Assembly (NCBI GenBank): GCA_903910705.1
Contig: CAIWAN010000053.1
Location: 20,917-84,916, forward strand
DNA from: an uncultured Candidatus Marinamargulisbacteria bacterium
GTDB taxonomy: Bacteria; Margulisbacteria; Riflemargulisbacteria; GWF2-35-9
Length of the DNA: 64,000 bases
Reading direction: 5' to 3'
The notes under the pieces: generated by a model
The model's input: only the letters and a program-made list of their open reading frames with translations
Database searches by the model: none
Told to the model about the DNA's origin: nothing
Shown here: positions 47,700 through 58,636 of the stretch, one piece after another
Position numbering within the stretch: the stretch's first letter is position 1
Layout of the letters: each line of letters starts with the position of its first letter
Program-made: the position numbers and the translations under genes

Positions 47700-48860
47700 A
47701 TGATACACCTGATGAAAAAATATTTTCGGATCCCCCTTCTTGTTCTTCTCCTTGTGGGTGTCAGTTACCCCGTTAATTGGAAACTTCAGACCCTGCAAGT
47801 TTTTGATATTATTCAGTCCAATTTTGTTCAAGATAATATTACCGATAAAACACTCACCTATGGGGCGATAAAGGGCATGCTCGAGTCGTTGAATGACCCC
47901 TATTCTCGGTTCCTTGAGCCGTCTAAGTATAGTGAAATGAAATCCAGTTTGGCCGGGAATTTCTTTGGCATTGGCATCCATATCGGCATGAAAAATAATA
48001 AATTAACCGTGATCGCCCCCATTAATGGGACGCCTGCGGATAAGGCCGGCTTGCGTGCGATGGATACCATCGTGTCGATCAACACGGTGACAACCGAAAA
48101 AATGTCGCTCGAAGAAGCCGTTTCGTTGATCCGTGGCCCCGAAGGCAGCAAGGTCACACTATGGATCAAACGAGAGGCCGTCGAAAGCCCCTTTGCGGTG
48201 AGTATCATTCGAGCCAAGATCGACATTAAGAGCATTGAAGACGCAAAGATCTTTAGTGATGATGTTGGATATCTGCGACTCAATAGCTTCGAGAGCAAAG
48301 AAGCCACCAAAGAAATGGCGACCGAGATCAAAGCGCTCAAAAAGAAGGGCGCCAAACACCTGATCGTCGATGTCCGAAATAACGGGGGCGGATTACTCTC
48401 TAACGCTCAAGGGATCGCGAGTTTGCTGATTGATGACGGCGTTGTGGTCTATACGGTTGATCGCAGCGGAAACAAGATGAGTCTTCCCGTGACACCCGGA
48501 AAGAAGATCTTTGATGGCCCGGTTGTGATCTTGATGAATGGGTCTTCCGCCTCAGCGTCGGAGATACTGGCCGGTGCGGTTAGGGACAATAATCGAGGTA
48601 AACTTGTGGGGACGCATTCCTTTGGGAAAGCCTCGGTTCAAAACATTATTCCCATGTCGGATGGTTCGGCTATATTGTTGACGATCGCGAAATATTTAAC
48701 GCCCAATGGCAGCAATATTCATACGGTAGGGATTCCGCCCGATGTGCTCGTCGAGATCCCGTCGTCAGATATTGAGGCGATCCAAAAAGGGACGTTCACC
48801 TACTCGATGGATAAAGATCCGCAAATTCTGAAAGCGATACAAGTCGTCAAATCATTGTAA
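47700..48860 (+). CDS. ctpA: Carboxyl-terminal processing protease (S41 family).
   Basis: PDZ domain followed by an S41 core with 'LIVDVRNNGGGLL', and the catalytic Ser/Lys region 'GSSASASEILAGA'. Confidence 0.85.
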   Translation: MIHLMKKYFRIPLLVLLLVGVSYPVNWKLQTLQVFDIIQSNFVQDNITDKTLTYGAIKGMLESLNDPYSRFLEPSKYSEMKSSLAGNFFGIGIHIGMKNNKLTVIAPINGTPADKAGLRAMDTIVSINTVTTEKMSLEEAVSLIRGPEGSKVTLWIKREAVESPFAVSIIRAKIDIKSIEDAKIFSDDVGYLRLNSFESKEATKEMATEIKALKKKGAKHLIVDVRNNGGGLLSNAQGIASLLIDDGVVVYTVDRSGNKMSLPVTPGKKIFDGPVVILMNGSSASASEILAGAVRDNNRGKLVGTHSFGKASVQNIIPMSDGSAILLTIAKYLTPNGSNIHTVGIPPDVLVEIPSSDIEAIQKGTFTYSMDKDPQILKAIQVVKSL

Positions 48861-48886
48861 AATCTCCCTCCTGAGGTTTAACCTTT

Positions 48887-49771
48887 ATGAAACGTTTTAT
48901 TGGCATTCTTTTTGGTATCATTGTCGTTTTGATCGTGGCGAACTTGTTGGTGATGTTCTTCCACTGGGTTACGCTCGAAAAGTTGACTGAGGACTTTCTC
49001 GAACCGATACCCATCGATATGGACTTGTTGCCCACAACCCCTAAATCTCAACCCAAACCCTACCGATATCCTTCGGCCAAGGTAGCTATTGTTATGGATG
49101 ATCTGGGGGTGAAAACGCCTCAATACCTGACGCTAATGGATATCCCCTTCAAGTTGAATCTGGCAATCATTCCTGGGCTTAAGAATAGCAAGAGTCTCGT
49201 AAAGGAATTGGCGTTGATGGACCGATATGAATTGCTGCTTCATATGCCGATGGAGCCGTTCCCTCGTAGGGGCGATCAGGAGAGTCAGGGGGCGAATTTG
49301 ATACAAGCTTATCCTTTTTACATCGACCGTCATAGCGATGCGGCGTCTATTCCGTTGGCGCTTGATAAGGCGATGGATCAAATCAGTGGCTGGGGTTTTA
49401 TTAAAGGGCTGAATAATCATATGGGGTCGTATGTGACCTCAAGCCCCAACCTGATGTGCCCCATATTAGACTGGGCCCGAACGCATCAACTCTTTTTTCT
49501 GGATAGCCTGACCAGTCGAACCACAGTTGCCTACGAAATGGCACGGCGGCAGCATATCCCTGCTTATCATAACGAGATATTCCTCGATGGGGTCGATGAT
49601 CCTGATGTCATCCGTGAACGGCTAAGAAAAGCGGTAGCAAGATCTCGAACGGAAGGGCAAGTGGTTGCCATCGGGCACATCACACGTAAATATACCCTGT
49701 CCGTACTCAAAGAAATGATGCCCCAATTCGCTGACCACGGGGTTACGTTCGTCTGGTTGTCGGAGCTGTAG
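48887..49771 (+). CDS. Divergent polysaccharide deacetylase family protein (YibQ-like).
   Basis: N-terminal transmembrane helix, 'AIVMDDLG', and 'LAIIPGLKNS...LLHMPME'. Confidence 0.7.
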   Translation: MKRFIGILFGIIVVLIVANLLVMFFHWVTLEKLTEDFLEPIPIDMDLLPTTPKSQPKPYRYPSAKVAIVMDDLGVKTPQYLTLMDIPFKLNLAIIPGLKNSKSLVKELALMDRYELLLHMPMEPFPRRGDQESQGANLIQAYPFYIDRHSDAASIPLALDKAMDQISGWGFIKGLNNHMGSYVTSSPNLMCPILDWARTHQLFFLDSLTSRTTVAYEMARRQHIPAYHNEIFLDGVDDPDVIRERLRKAVARSRTEGQVVAIGHITRKYTLSVLKEMMPQFADHGVTFVWLSEL

Positions 49772-49781
49772 TCACCGCCTC

Positions 49782-50558
49782 TTAGCTTATAGCATTAACG
49801 AGACTTTGATGGTCATTACTATGAAGTTCTATGTACTCAGAAGAATTTGCAATATCGCTTGCAATTTCAAGGATTGTCGCGCCATTATTTGCTTGTTGTA
49901 CCCAGAATGATTTGCCAGCGGAGTCAGATGGTCTGCCAAGTAATGTCGCGTAGAGGCTCTCAATATCATTCCCCGTCACTTTTCCCTGATGACTTGAGGT
50001 ATATTCAGAATCTTTCAGAAAACATAGAGTCATATCGCTTAGAGTTGCTCCCTTATTAGCAGCATCTTGCCAGTATTTAAATCCTGCAGCATCAGGGGCT
50101 CGATTGAGAAGATTGTTATACAGAGAAGTGATCTGAGCATCTGAAACGGTGCGAACAGAAGAAACAGAAGAAGCTGAAGAAGCAGAAGAAGTGGAGTTTA
50201 TTGCCGAGGATTTCGCCGTTCTTGTTTGGGGCGTGGAGGTTGTCGTTGTGCTGTTGGTCGCTGTGATAGGGCTCTGTGTTTGGGTCACTTGATTTTGCAG
50301 GCTTGCAGCAGCAACTTTGGCTTGTCGTTGTTGAATATAGGCTAATAAGCCAGCGACCAAGGAATCTGGATGGGAGGTGTTCCCAACATCGGCAATGTCT
50401 TTTGTATTTATCACATCAGTTGTCGTTGTTAACTTATTATATGCAGTATTTGAACTATTGAGGACTACATCCTTGATGCCCCCAGTCGCTGCTGCATTTC
50501 CCCCAGAAATACTACTTAATGAATTGGCCCCAACGTCTATCCCATTTGTGATTGCCAT
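49782..50558 (-). CDS. Hypothetical protein with two DUF4214-like repeats and Thr/Ser-rich linkers.
   Basis: Repeats 'ITSLYNNLLNRAPDAAGFKYWQDAANKGATLSDM...SEY' and 'IESLYATLLGRPSDSAGKSFWVQQANNGATILEI...SEY'. Confidence 0.5.
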   Translation of the reverse strand: MAITNGIDVGANSLSSISGGNAAATGGIKDVVLNSSNTAYNKLTTTTDVINTKDIADVGNTSHPDSLVAGLLAYIQQRQAKVAAASLQNQVTQTQSPITATNSTTTTSTPQTRTAKSSAINSTSSASSASSVSSVRTVSDAQITSLYNNLLNRAPDAAGFKYWQDAANKGATLSDMTLCFLKDSEYTSSHQGKVTGNDIESLYATLLGRPSDSAGKSFWVQQANNGATILEIASDIANSSEYIELHSNDHQSLVNAIS

Positions 50559-50770
50559 ATTGCATTCCCCCTTCTATTGGATTTAATTTGATTTCATATA
50601 GTTTATCGTCAAGTATTGATAGTTTAATTGCATCGATTTATTTTGGTGTGTCCCTTCAGTTGATATATTGCCCTCTTTTGGTGTGCTTTAAACTATAAAT
50701 ATTTTTCCTGCCGAATCATTGACGCATTTTGTTGGGTTTGATCTTACAAATTTCCCTCTTGAATTAAATT

Positions 50771-50797
50771 TTAGCAGTGTCATAATGAGAGTGCTAA
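50771..50797 (+). promoter_or_regulatory. CIRCE element (HrcA operator) overlapping a sigma70-like promoter (TTGAAT-N16-CATAAT) upstream of clpB.
   Basis: TTAGCAGTG-tcataatga-GAGTGCTAA matches the CIRCE consensus TTAGCACTC-N9-GAGTGCTAA. It lies about 25 nt upstream of the clpB start. Confidence 0.7.
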
Positions 50798-50821
50798 ATA
50801 TTATGAAAAGGGGTGTTTGTT

Positions 50822-53392
50822 ATGCTCAATCTAAATAAATTTACGATCAAAGCCCAAGAAGCCGTTCAATCTGCCTTTCAGTTAGCACAAAACCGTGACC
50901 ATCAAGAGGTTACGCCCATTCATTTATTGTCGGCCATGCTCGATGTCGAGGATAGCTTGGCTGCGTCGTTACTTGCGCAGATTGGGGCCAGAATGGACGT
51001 CATTGCGGATGAGGTAGCGAGAATTTTAAAGAACTATACTAAAGTCGAAGGCGTTGCACAGCAATATGTCCACAATGATCTGGGGCTTGTCATTAAACAG
51101 GCTCAAAAGGAAGCCGACCGACTCAAAGATGATTATGTGACGAATGAGCATTTGTTGCTTGCTATGGCAGATATAGCAGGGGAGGCAAAGCAGATCCTTG
51201 CAGACGCGGGGGTGACAAAAGAATCCCTCTTGAAAGTATTAAAACAAGTCCGTGGGGATGAGCGGGTGACCGACCCCAATCAAGAAGACAGTTTTCAAGC
51301 CATCAAAAAATATTGCAAAGACCTAAACGAACTCGCCCGTAATGGCAAGCTTGACCCCGTGATCGGCCGAGATGATGAAATTCGCCGGATCATTCAGGTT
51401 TTGTCGCGGCGAACGAAGAATAATCCTGTCCTTATTGGTGAGCCTGGGGTCGGTAAAACGGCGGTTGTCGAGGGACTGGCGTTACGGATCGTTAATGGTG
51501 ATGTCCCGAGTGTTCTAAAGAATATGCGTATCGAAGCGCTCGATATGGGGGCGTTGATCGCGGGTGCAAAGTATCGGGGTGAGTTTGAAGATCGATTGAA
51601 AGCGCTCATTAAAGAGATCGAAAAGTCGGAGGGCACGGTTATTCTCTTTATTGATGAGCTGCATACCATTGTCGGGGCGGGTGCGGCGGAAGGCTCGATG
51701 GATGCCTCGAATATGTTAAAGCCGGCTTTGGCCAGAGGGCTTCTGCGGTCTATTGGGGCAACGACACTGGATGAATATCGCAAGTATATCGAAAAAGATG
51801 CTGCGCTTGAACGTCGCTTCCAACCGGTGTTCATTTCTGAGCCGAGTGTTGAGGATACGATCGCTATTTTGAGAGGCTTAAAGGAAAAGTATGAGATCCA
51901 TCATGGCATTCGAATTAAAGACGCGGCTATTGTCGCAGCGGCTCAACTGTCGAATCGCTATATCGCGGATCGGTTCCTACCGGACAAAGCCATCGACCTA
52001 ATCGACGAGGCGGCCTCACGACTGCGAATCGAGGTCGACAGTATGCCACAGGAGATCGACGAACTGGAGCGTCGTAGTGTCCAACTGGAGATCGAGCGAC
52101 AAGCTTTGAAACGAGAGACCGACCCTAAAAGCAAAGAACGACTCGAGAAGATCATCAAAGACCTCGCCGAGGTGGATGAAGAGAAGAGTAAACTGAAGTC
52201 CCGTTGGATGCAAGAAAAGGCCATGATCGAATCGGTCAGTGGGGTGAAAAAACAGATCGAAGAGGCGACGATACGCGCTCAACGAGAAGAACGCCTCGGT
52301 AATTTAGAGGCTGTGTCCAAAATTCGCTATGGAGAGATCGTTGAACTACAAAACAAGCTGAACGCCGCTCAGACTAAGATCGGTCAGATCCAAGATGGAA
52401 CCCGAATGTTGAAGGAAGAGGTTGATGAAGATGATATCGCCGAGATCGTCTCGAAGTGGACAGGCATCCCTGTAACCAAGATGCTCGGGAGCGAGATGCA
52501 GAAATTGCTGCACCTCGAAGCCGACCTTCATGAGCGAGTGATCGGCCAAAACGAGGCCATTGAGGCGGTGTCGAACGCGGTACGCCGTTCTCGGTCGGGC
52601 ATATCCGATCCGAATCGTCCCATTGGGTCGTTCATTTTTTTAGGCCCCACGGGGGTGGGAAAGACCGAACTTGCCAAAGCGTTGGCTGAACATTTATTCG
52701 ACAGAGAAGATGCCATGGTCCGTATAGATATGAGCGAGTATATGGAAAAACATACCGTTGCACGATTATTAGGTGCGCCCCCCGGCTATGTTGGGTATGA
52801 CGAGGGCGGGCAATTGACCGAGGCGGTGCGCCGTCGTCCTTACGCCGTGATCTTGTTCGACGAGATCGAGAAGGCGCATCCCGACGTGTTTAATGTCCTG
52901 CTGCAGATCCTTGATGATGGACGTCTGACGGATGGCCAAGGACGCAATGTGGACTTTAAGAATACAGTGGTCATTATGACGTCCAATATTGGCAGCGACT
53001 TGATCTTACAGGCCGACTCGGTGGATGAAGTTAAAGAGGATGTGCTTGATCGAATGAAACAGCATTTTCGGCCTGAGTTCCTAAATCGAGTAGATGAGAT
53101 CATCGTTTTTGGTCGCTTAACGGTTGAGGAGCTGCGTCAGATCGTCTCGATCCAACTTCAGATCTTGGCTGTTCGATTACAAGCGCGAGACATCGATATA
53201 TCGTTTACCGACACACTGAAAGACCATTTGGCTAAAGTGGGGTTTGACCCGATATTCGGGGCAAGACCGCTAAAACGGGCCGTGACGCGACTGGTCCAAG
53301 ACCCGTTGGCGACCCAGATCCTCTCGGGGGCGATCGGACATGGGAGTCATGTTGTCGCCGATGTTACGGGCGAAACGGTCGTTTTTCGATAG
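50822..53392 (+). CDS. clpB: ATP-dependent chaperone ClpB.
   Basis: Two AAA modules ('[15 protein letters not shown]' and '[15 protein letters not shown]') separated by a coiled-coil middle domain. Start at the ATG downstream of 'aaaagggg'. Confidence 0.92.
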   Translation: MLNLNKFTIKAQEAVQSAFQLAQNRDHQEVTPIHLLSAMLDVEDSLAASLLAQIGARMDVIADEVARILKNYTKVEGVAQQYVHNDLGLVIKQAQKEADRLKDDYVTNEHLLLAMADIAGEAKQILADAGVTKESLLKVLKQVRGDERVTDPNQEDSFQAIKKYCKDLNELARNGKLDPVIGRDDEIRRIIQVLSRRTKNNPVLIGEPGVGKTAVVEGLALRIVNGDVPSVLKNMRIEALDMGALIAGAKYRGEFEDRLKALIKEIEKSEGTVILFIDELHTIVGAGAAEGSMDASNMLKPALARGLLRSIGATTLDEYRKYIEKDAALERRFQPVFISEPSVEDTIAILRGLKEKYEIHHGIRIKDAAIVAAAQLSNRYIADRFLPDKAIDLIDEAASRLRIEVDSMPQEIDELERRSVQLEIERQALKRETDPKSKERLEKIIKDLAEVDEEKSKLKSRWMQEKAMIESVSGVKKQIEEATIRAQREERLGNLEAVSKIRYGEIVELQNKLNAAQTKIGQIQDGTRMLKEEVDEDDIAEIVSKWTGIPVTKMLGSEMQKLLHLEADLHERVIGQNEAIEAVSNAVRRSRSGISDPNRPIGSFIFLGPTGVGKTELAKALAEHLFDREDAMVRIDMSEYMEKHTVARLLGAPPGYVGYDEGGQLTEAVRRRPYAVILFDEIEKAHPDVFNVLLQILDDGRLTDGQGRNVDFKNTVVIMTSNIGSDLILQADSVDEVKEDVLDRMKQHFRPEFLNRVDEIIVFGRLTVEELRQIVSIQLQILAVRLQARDIDISFTDTLKDHLAKVGFDPIFGARPLKRAVTRLVQDPLATQILSGAIGHGSHVVADVTGETVVFR

Positions 53393-53435
53393 AACAGCCT
53401 ATAAGAAATCGGTATTGTGTGTTTCAATATGACAC

Positions 53436-54575
53436 ATGAAAATCCTCATGGTAAACAAGCTTTACGATCCGTGGATCGGCGGTGTCGAATCGGTTGTTCG
53501 GGATTTATCGGAGGAACTGGTCAAAAAAGATGATGTTGAGCTACAGGTGTTGGTCAGTAACTCGAATTTTTCGACCCGTGAAGAGATCTTGCGCGGTGTT
53601 CCCCTTAAGAGATTACGAAATTGGGTCTTCTTGATCTTTAGGAAACCGCTCTTTTTCTCTTCACCGATCAGTCTATCGTTGCCCTACTGGATGAAACGCT
53701 ATTCGTCCGATATTGTCCATCTTCACCTTCCAGACCCTGTTGCCATGGTTGCCTATTTCTTAGCGCGACCCAAAGGCAAGCTTGTGATTACTTGGCATAG
53801 CGACATCGTAAAACAGAAGAAATTAAAAGCCCTCCTCGCACCGCTTGAATCGTGGGTGCTTCGACAAGCTCGTGCCATTCTTGCCACATCACCTAACATG
53901 ATCAAAAACTCTCCCTCTCTTCGACCGTTTGAAACCAAATGCCAAGTGGTGCCCTTGGGAATTTATCCCGAGAGATACGAGGTGTCACGTGAGATCGCTT
54001 TCAATATTGTAAAAGAAAAGGAACAGCTCGCGCGCCCGATTGTTCTTTATGTGGGGCGGCTTGTTTATTACAAGGGGGTCAATGTCCTCTTGAAGGCCAT
54101 GGAGACGGTGGAGGCTTTATTGATTGTTATTGGGGAAGGTGTTCTTTATGATGAGTTGATCGCTGAGTCAAAGAAGCTAGGGATCGAGCATCGCCTTAGG
54201 GTGTTGCCGCCTCAGTCGTTTGAACGACTGGTGTACCATTTCCATCTATGTGATATTTTTGTGTTGCCATCGATCGCACCCAGTGAAGCGTTTGGTATTG
54301 TTCAGCTCGAAGCGATGGTTTGTGGAAAGCCGGTGATCTCAACCAATCTACCAACGGGCGTTCCCTATGTTAATCAAAATGGGCAAACGGGCATTGTGGT
54401 TGAGCCCAATGATAGTGGGGATCTTAAGGACGCCATTTCGACGCTTATCGAAAATCCTCTTCAACGAGATAAAATGGGCCAATATGCTCGCTTAAGGGTG
54501 CTCAAAGAGTTTACAAATCAGCGGGTTGCACAGCAAGTGTACTCTGTATATAAAACGCTTTTGATGCCTACTTAG
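53436..54575 (+). CDS. Glycosyltransferase family 4.
   Basis: GT4 C-terminal motif 'SEAFGIVQLEAMVCGKPVIST'. Confidence 0.75.
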   Translation: MKILMVNKLYDPWIGGVESVVRDLSEELVKKDDVELQVLVSNSNFSTREEILRGVPLKRLRNWVFLIFRKPLFFSSPISLSLPYWMKRYSSDIVHLHLPDPVAMVAYFLARPKGKLVITWHSDIVKQKKLKALLAPLESWVLRQARAILATSPNMIKNSPSLRPFETKCQVVPLGIYPERYEVSREIAFNIVKEKEQLARPIVLYVGRLVYYKGVNVLLKAMETVEALLIVIGEGVLYDELIAESKKLGIEHRLRVLPPQSFERLVYHFHLCDIFVLPSIAPSEAFGIVQLEAMVCGKPVISTNLPTGVPYVNQNGQTGIVVEPNDSGDLKDAISTLIENPLQRDKMGQYARLRVLKEFTNQRVAQQVYSVYKTLLMPT

Positions 54576-55725
54576 ACTGAACCTTTTTACTCCAGGCGAT
54601 ATGTTCTTTAGCGGTTAGAGAGAAATGATGCGATCCATCGCCAGTAGCCACAAAATAGAGGTAATGGCTCGTTGCTGGATACAGCGCCGCTTTGATCGAA
54701 TCAAGCCCAGGATTGCTGATCGGGGTTGGAGGTAGCCCGCTATGCTTGTAGGTGTTATAGGGACTATGGATCTCGAGGTCTTTAAAGTAGACAATTTCCT
54801 TATGAGGAAGTCCGGCCAGTTCTCTGGCGTATTGGACGGTCGGGTCACTGCCTAGCGCCATTTTCCGATTTAGGCGATTGAGATATACGGAGGCGATAAC
54901 CGGTCGCTCGGTGGCGACTTTGGCTTCATTCTCGACAATAGAAGCAAGCTTCAATACTTGATAGAACGACAACCCTTTAGTTTTCTCGGTAATAAGAATG
55001 CGCTGATATCGCATGCCACGTCGGGTCTTTTTGGCTCGCTTCTCCCATCGTTTCTGGGTGGGTAGATTTTTTTCATATTGTTGGTAAAGGGGAAGGGCTT
55101 TATTGGCGAAATTTGTCAGCATGAGTCGGACCAGTTCGGGGATCGAGGTGTAATACTCGATATGGTAGGTGTCAGGGTAGAGTAACCCTTCAAGTTTCGA
55201 GACCTCAACAAAAGCAGACAAACTCGAGATCTTTTCAATGATCGGTCGAAACAGGGTCGGGTCGGAGCAGAACTCGATAAACGAGTCGGGGGTGATTATG
55301 CCTTTCTCAGAGAGGAGATTGTCGATCTGTATCGTATTAAATCCTTCGGGGATGGTGAGTTTTTCATAGGTAAGGCGGGTAGGGTCTTGAAGCTGTTGAA
55401 GCAGCGACGTGTGATTGGCGGGTAGGGATAAACGGATTAGACCCGAGTAAAACCGAGGGTGAATATTCGAAAATTTTAGCCGGAGACGAAAAAGCCACGC
55501 GCTGTGAATAACGTGCGCTTTTTTAAGGGCCACCGCAACGCCCGCCCCACCGGCTCCCCGAGGGATCAGAACCGTAAGATCTTCGCTGAAAGAGACACAG
55601 AGCAAAGTCATAACGATACAAAAAATTGTACCTCTGAAGGGGACCCTTCCGACCCCGCCATTAGCGGAGCCACCTTCCCTTGGTAAGGGAAGGAATTTAT
55701 CAGGAGCGTTCATGTTTGTGTCCAT
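54568..55725 (-). CDS. mltG: Endolytic murein transglycosylase MltG (YceG family).
   Basis: 'LASIVENEA', and the C-terminal 'HYLYFVATGDGSHHFSLTAKEHIAW' is typical of YceG. Confidence 0.7.
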   Translation of the reverse strand: MDTNMNAPDKFLPLPREGGSANGGVGRVPFRGTIFCIVMTLLCVSFSEDLTVLIPRGAGGAGVAVALKKAHVIHSAWLFRLRLKFSNIHPRFYSGLIRLSLPANHTSLLQQLQDPTRLTYEKLTIPEGFNTIQIDNLLSEKGIITPDSFIEFCSDPTLFRPIIEKISSLSAFVEVSKLEGLLYPDTYHIEYYTSIPELVRLMLTNFANKALPLYQQYEKNLPTQKRWEKRAKKTRRGMRYQRILITEKTKGLSFYQVLKLASIVENEAKVATERPVIASVYLNRLNRKMALGSDPTVQYARELAGLPHKEIVYFKDLEIHSPYNTYKHSGLPPTPISNPGLDSIKAALYPATSHYLYFVATGDGSHHFSLTAKEHIAWSKKVQSK

Positions 55726-56113
55726 CTAAATACCCCTGCAAAATAACGGTGGCTTCGGCGCTGTCCTTAATGGGGCGGCTTTTTCGGGTGTTAAGACCAG
55801 CCGCCATAAATTGTTTGCTGACTAGACTGCTCGTAAGCCGTTCATCAACCCACTCAATGGGCAGGTCGATTTGGGCAGCCAGTTCCTCTCGAAAGGCACG
55901 AACGTCTGCGGTCATTTGAGTGTCGGCCCCTTTCATGTTGCGAGGAAGCCCCATGACGATAAGCCGGTATGTTTTTTCGGTAAGTTGCGCTTTGATCTGG
56001 GCGATTGCTGTCTGTCGGGGTAAATTGGCCACAGGGAAGGCCATTGTTTCCGAAGGGTCGGAGTGGCTTAGGCCGACTGTTTTACTGCCATAGTCAATGC
56101 CGAGGATGGTCAA
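55700..56113 (-). CDS. ruvX: Putative pre-16S rRNA nuclease / Holliday junction resolvase-like YqgF.
   Basis: 'MTILGIDYGSKTVGLSHSD'. 137 aa. Confidence 0.85.
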   Translation of the reverse strand: MTILGIDYGSKTVGLSHSDPSETMAFPVANLPRQTAIAQIKAQLTEKTYRLIVMGLPRNMKGADTQMTADVRAFREELAAQIDLPIEWVDERLTSSLVSKQFMAAGLNTRKSRPIKDSAEATVILQGYLDGHKHERS

Positions 56114-56115
56114 GG

Positions 56116-58431
56116 TTAAGCGAGCGTCCTTATGAGAAGAGGGAGTTTTGTCGTGATGATCGAGAATGTATCCGGTTCATTATCGGATACAATATTGATC
56201 TCACGATCCTTTTTCCAAGCCTTTTTGTTCGGAATGTCTTTTTTGATCTGCTCAAGAAGTATATTAAGATCAAGCGCGATCAGAGGGGAGACATGAACCG
56301 TCGAAAAAATGCTATTTCCAAAAACACCGCTTGAGCAGGCGATGCCTTTGATATTCATTGCGATCTGGTCAACATAATAGGCTAAGTTTTCTTGATTGGA
56401 GAAGGTTTCGACAACGTCACAAACGATCGGGGTCTTATTCTCCGTGAATTCAGTTGCTTTCTTTGTTTTAGCTTTTCCAGAAAGGAGGTCTTTGCTTAGT
56501 TTGTCGCTTTCTTTTTTGAGCCGACTGATCTCGTCACTATCCTTGGCCATTTTATCCGGGATCTCGGCGGGGCTAATTTTATAAGTATTGGCGATCTGCC
56601 CTGTGAGTTGTTTGAGTTCTTGAGCTTTCTGAAGGGCGCCAAGACCGGTTACGGCTTCGATGCGTCGGACTCCGCTGCTAATGGCTGCTTCTGATAGAAT
56701 AAGCAGACTGCCAATGTCACCCGTTCGATGGACATGCGTTCCACCGCAAAGCTCGGTCGAGCAATCGCCCATTTTCACCACGCGAACAACATTCTCATAT
56801 TTCTCGGTAAAAAGCGCCATTGCGCCTTCGGCGATCGCCTCATCGAACGTTTTCTCGGTAATATCAACGGCGACATTTTGAAGGATATATTGGTTGACGA
56901 GTGTTTCGACGGTTGCGATCTGCTCGGGGGTGAGGGCTTTGGGGTGCGTAAAATCAAAACGAAGACGATCCGGCGACACCAAAGACCCCGATTGGGTCAC
57001 ATGTTTGCCTAGACTATTGCGTAAAGCCGCTTGAAGTAAGTGGGTGCCACTATGATTTCGCGCCATTGCCAGACGCTCCTCTTCGTTCGAAGCGACAATG
57101 GCTTCGCCACCCTTGCCTTTATCATGTGCCTGCCCTGAACTTGTCGAAGGGTTATAAAACGTAGCGGCTTGTCGGGCACGATCACGCTGCTGCGCCATAT
57201 GTTGATCAAACCCAAGGGTGTCGACCATCGCGCTGGCTTCGGCGGCGATCTCAAGCGTTAATTCAAGGGGGAACCCAAAGGTGTCGAAAAGTTTGAACGC
57301 ATCGGCGCCTGATATTGTTTTCCCATTTCTAAGGATGTCTTGAAGGAGGGTTATGCCGAGCCCGAGTGTCTTGCTGAAGTTGGCTTCTTCGGTGCGAAGC
57401 ACGTCGAGGATCATGGCTTTATTCTCGATCAGTTCAGCGTAGAACGGACCATATTCATCGATAACGATATGGGCCATGGTTTCGACGAACGGTTCATTGA
57501 TCCCAAGTAATTTGCCATGTCGAATAGCCCGACGAATGATCTTTTTGAGAATATACCCGCGGCCATCATTGCTAGGATAGATGCCATCGCCGATCATGAA
57601 CACCATGGCTCGACTATGGTCGGCGATCACATGGCGAGAATGGGATGTGCCTGTCATGGTTGAACGTTTGTCGAGCGTTTTAAGGATCGGGGTGAACAGG
57701 TCGGTTTCGAAATTGTTTCGAACCCCTTGGACAACGGCAGAAATGCGCTCTAGCCCCATGCCAGTATCGATATTTTTGCTAGGAAGGGGTGTCAGTAAGC
57801 CTGCTTCATTTCGGTTATACTCCATGAAAACTAAATTCCACACCTCAACGTAGCGATTGCAGTCGCACCCAGGAAGACAGGTTGCTTCTTTACAGGCAGG
57901 GTCTTTGCCATAGTCGAAGTAGATCTCTGAACAGGGTCCACAGGGTCCCGTGGGTCCCGCTGCCCAAAAGTTATCCGCTTCGCCGAGTCGAACCATATGG
58001 TCGCTAGCGATTCCTGCTTTTTGGGTCCAAAGCTGGTAGCTTTCTTCGTCCTCTCGGAAAACCGAAATGAAAAGCTTGTCTTTGGGTATCCCTAATTCCT
58101 TGGTTAGAAAAGTCCAAGCCAACTCGATCGCACCTTCTTTGAAATAATCGCCGAACGAAAAATTGCCGAGCATTTCAAAAAATGTATGGTGTCGAGGCGT
58201 CCGACCGACATTGTCGATGTCATTGGTGCGAATGCATTTTTGAGAGGACGTTGCCCGCTTATAGGGCGGTGTCTTTTTCCCAAGGAAATAAGGTTTAAAC
58301 GGCAACATCCCCGCAATGGTTAAAAGAACCGTTTTGTCCTCGGGAATCAGCGAGGCACTGGATTGGACCTGATGCTGATTCCTCTGGAAATACTCCAGAA
58401 AACGACTGCGTATCTGAGCGGACGGGATCAT
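56116..58431 (-). CDS. alaS: Alanine--tRNA ligase (771 aa, relatively short C-terminal region).
   Basis: N-terminus 'FLEYFQRNQHQVQSSASLIP...LLTIAGMLPFKPYFLG', plus the editing-domain motifs 'HSGTHLLQAAL' and 'CGGTHVHRTGDIG'. Confidence 0.85.
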   Translation of the reverse strand: MIPSAQIRSRFLEYFQRNQHQVQSSASLIPEDKTVLLTIAGMLPFKPYFLGKKTPPYKRATSSQKCIRTNDIDNVGRTPRHHTFFEMLGNFSFGDYFKEGAIELAWTFLTKELGIPKDKLFISVFREDEESYQLWTQKAGIASDHMVRLGEADNFWAAGPTGPCGPCSEIYFDYGKDPACKEATCLPGCDCNRYVEVWNLVFMEYNRNEAGLLTPLPSKNIDTGMGLERISAVVQGVRNNFETDLFTPILKTLDKRSTMTGTSHSRHVIADHSRAMVFMIGDGIYPSNDGRGYILKKIIRRAIRHGKLLGINEPFVETMAHIVIDEYGPFYAELIENKAMILDVLRTEEANFSKTLGLGITLLQDILRNGKTISGADAFKLFDTFGFPLELTLEIAAEASAMVDTLGFDQHMAQQRDRARQAATFYNPSTSSGQAHDKGKGGEAIVASNEEERLAMARNHSGTHLLQAALRNSLGKHVTQSGSLVSPDRLRFDFTHPKALTPEQIATVETLVNQYILQNVAVDITEKTFDEAIAEGAMALFTEKYENVVRVVKMGDCSTELCGGTHVHRTGDIGSLLILSEAAISSGVRRIEAVTGLGALQKAQELKQLTGQIANTYKISPAEIPDKMAKDSDEISRLKKESDKLSKDLLSGKAKTKKATEFTENKTPIVCDVVETFSNQENLAYYVDQIAMNIKGIACSSGVFGNSIFSTVHVSPLIALDLNILLEQIKKDIPNKKAWKKDREINIVSDNEPDTFSIITTKLPLLIRTLA

Positions 58432-58634
58432 TCCTTATCTTTTGATTTGTTAAAAGATTTTGGAATAGACTTTAATATCGAGAACCAAAATTTCAGATCA
58501 GACAAATTCTCTACAAACCCTGAAGCCGATTTGACCATTCGAAGGGTTTTCCAAGCGACGGAGATCAACAACAGGATAAAGAGGATGAGTAATCCATCAA
58601 TAACGATCGTCAGAATTTGAATCGCCTGCTCCAT
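58428..58634 (-). CDS. Small membrane protein (68 aa) adjacent to the YtxH-like gene.
   Basis: A single hydrophobic helix 'LTIVIDGLLILFILLLISVAW'. Its stop overlaps the alaS start. Confidence 0.35.
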   Translation of the reverse strand: MEQAIQILTIVIDGLLILFILLLISVAWKTLRMVKSASGFVENLSDLKFWFSILKSIPKSFNKSKDKE

Positions 58635-58636
58635 AA

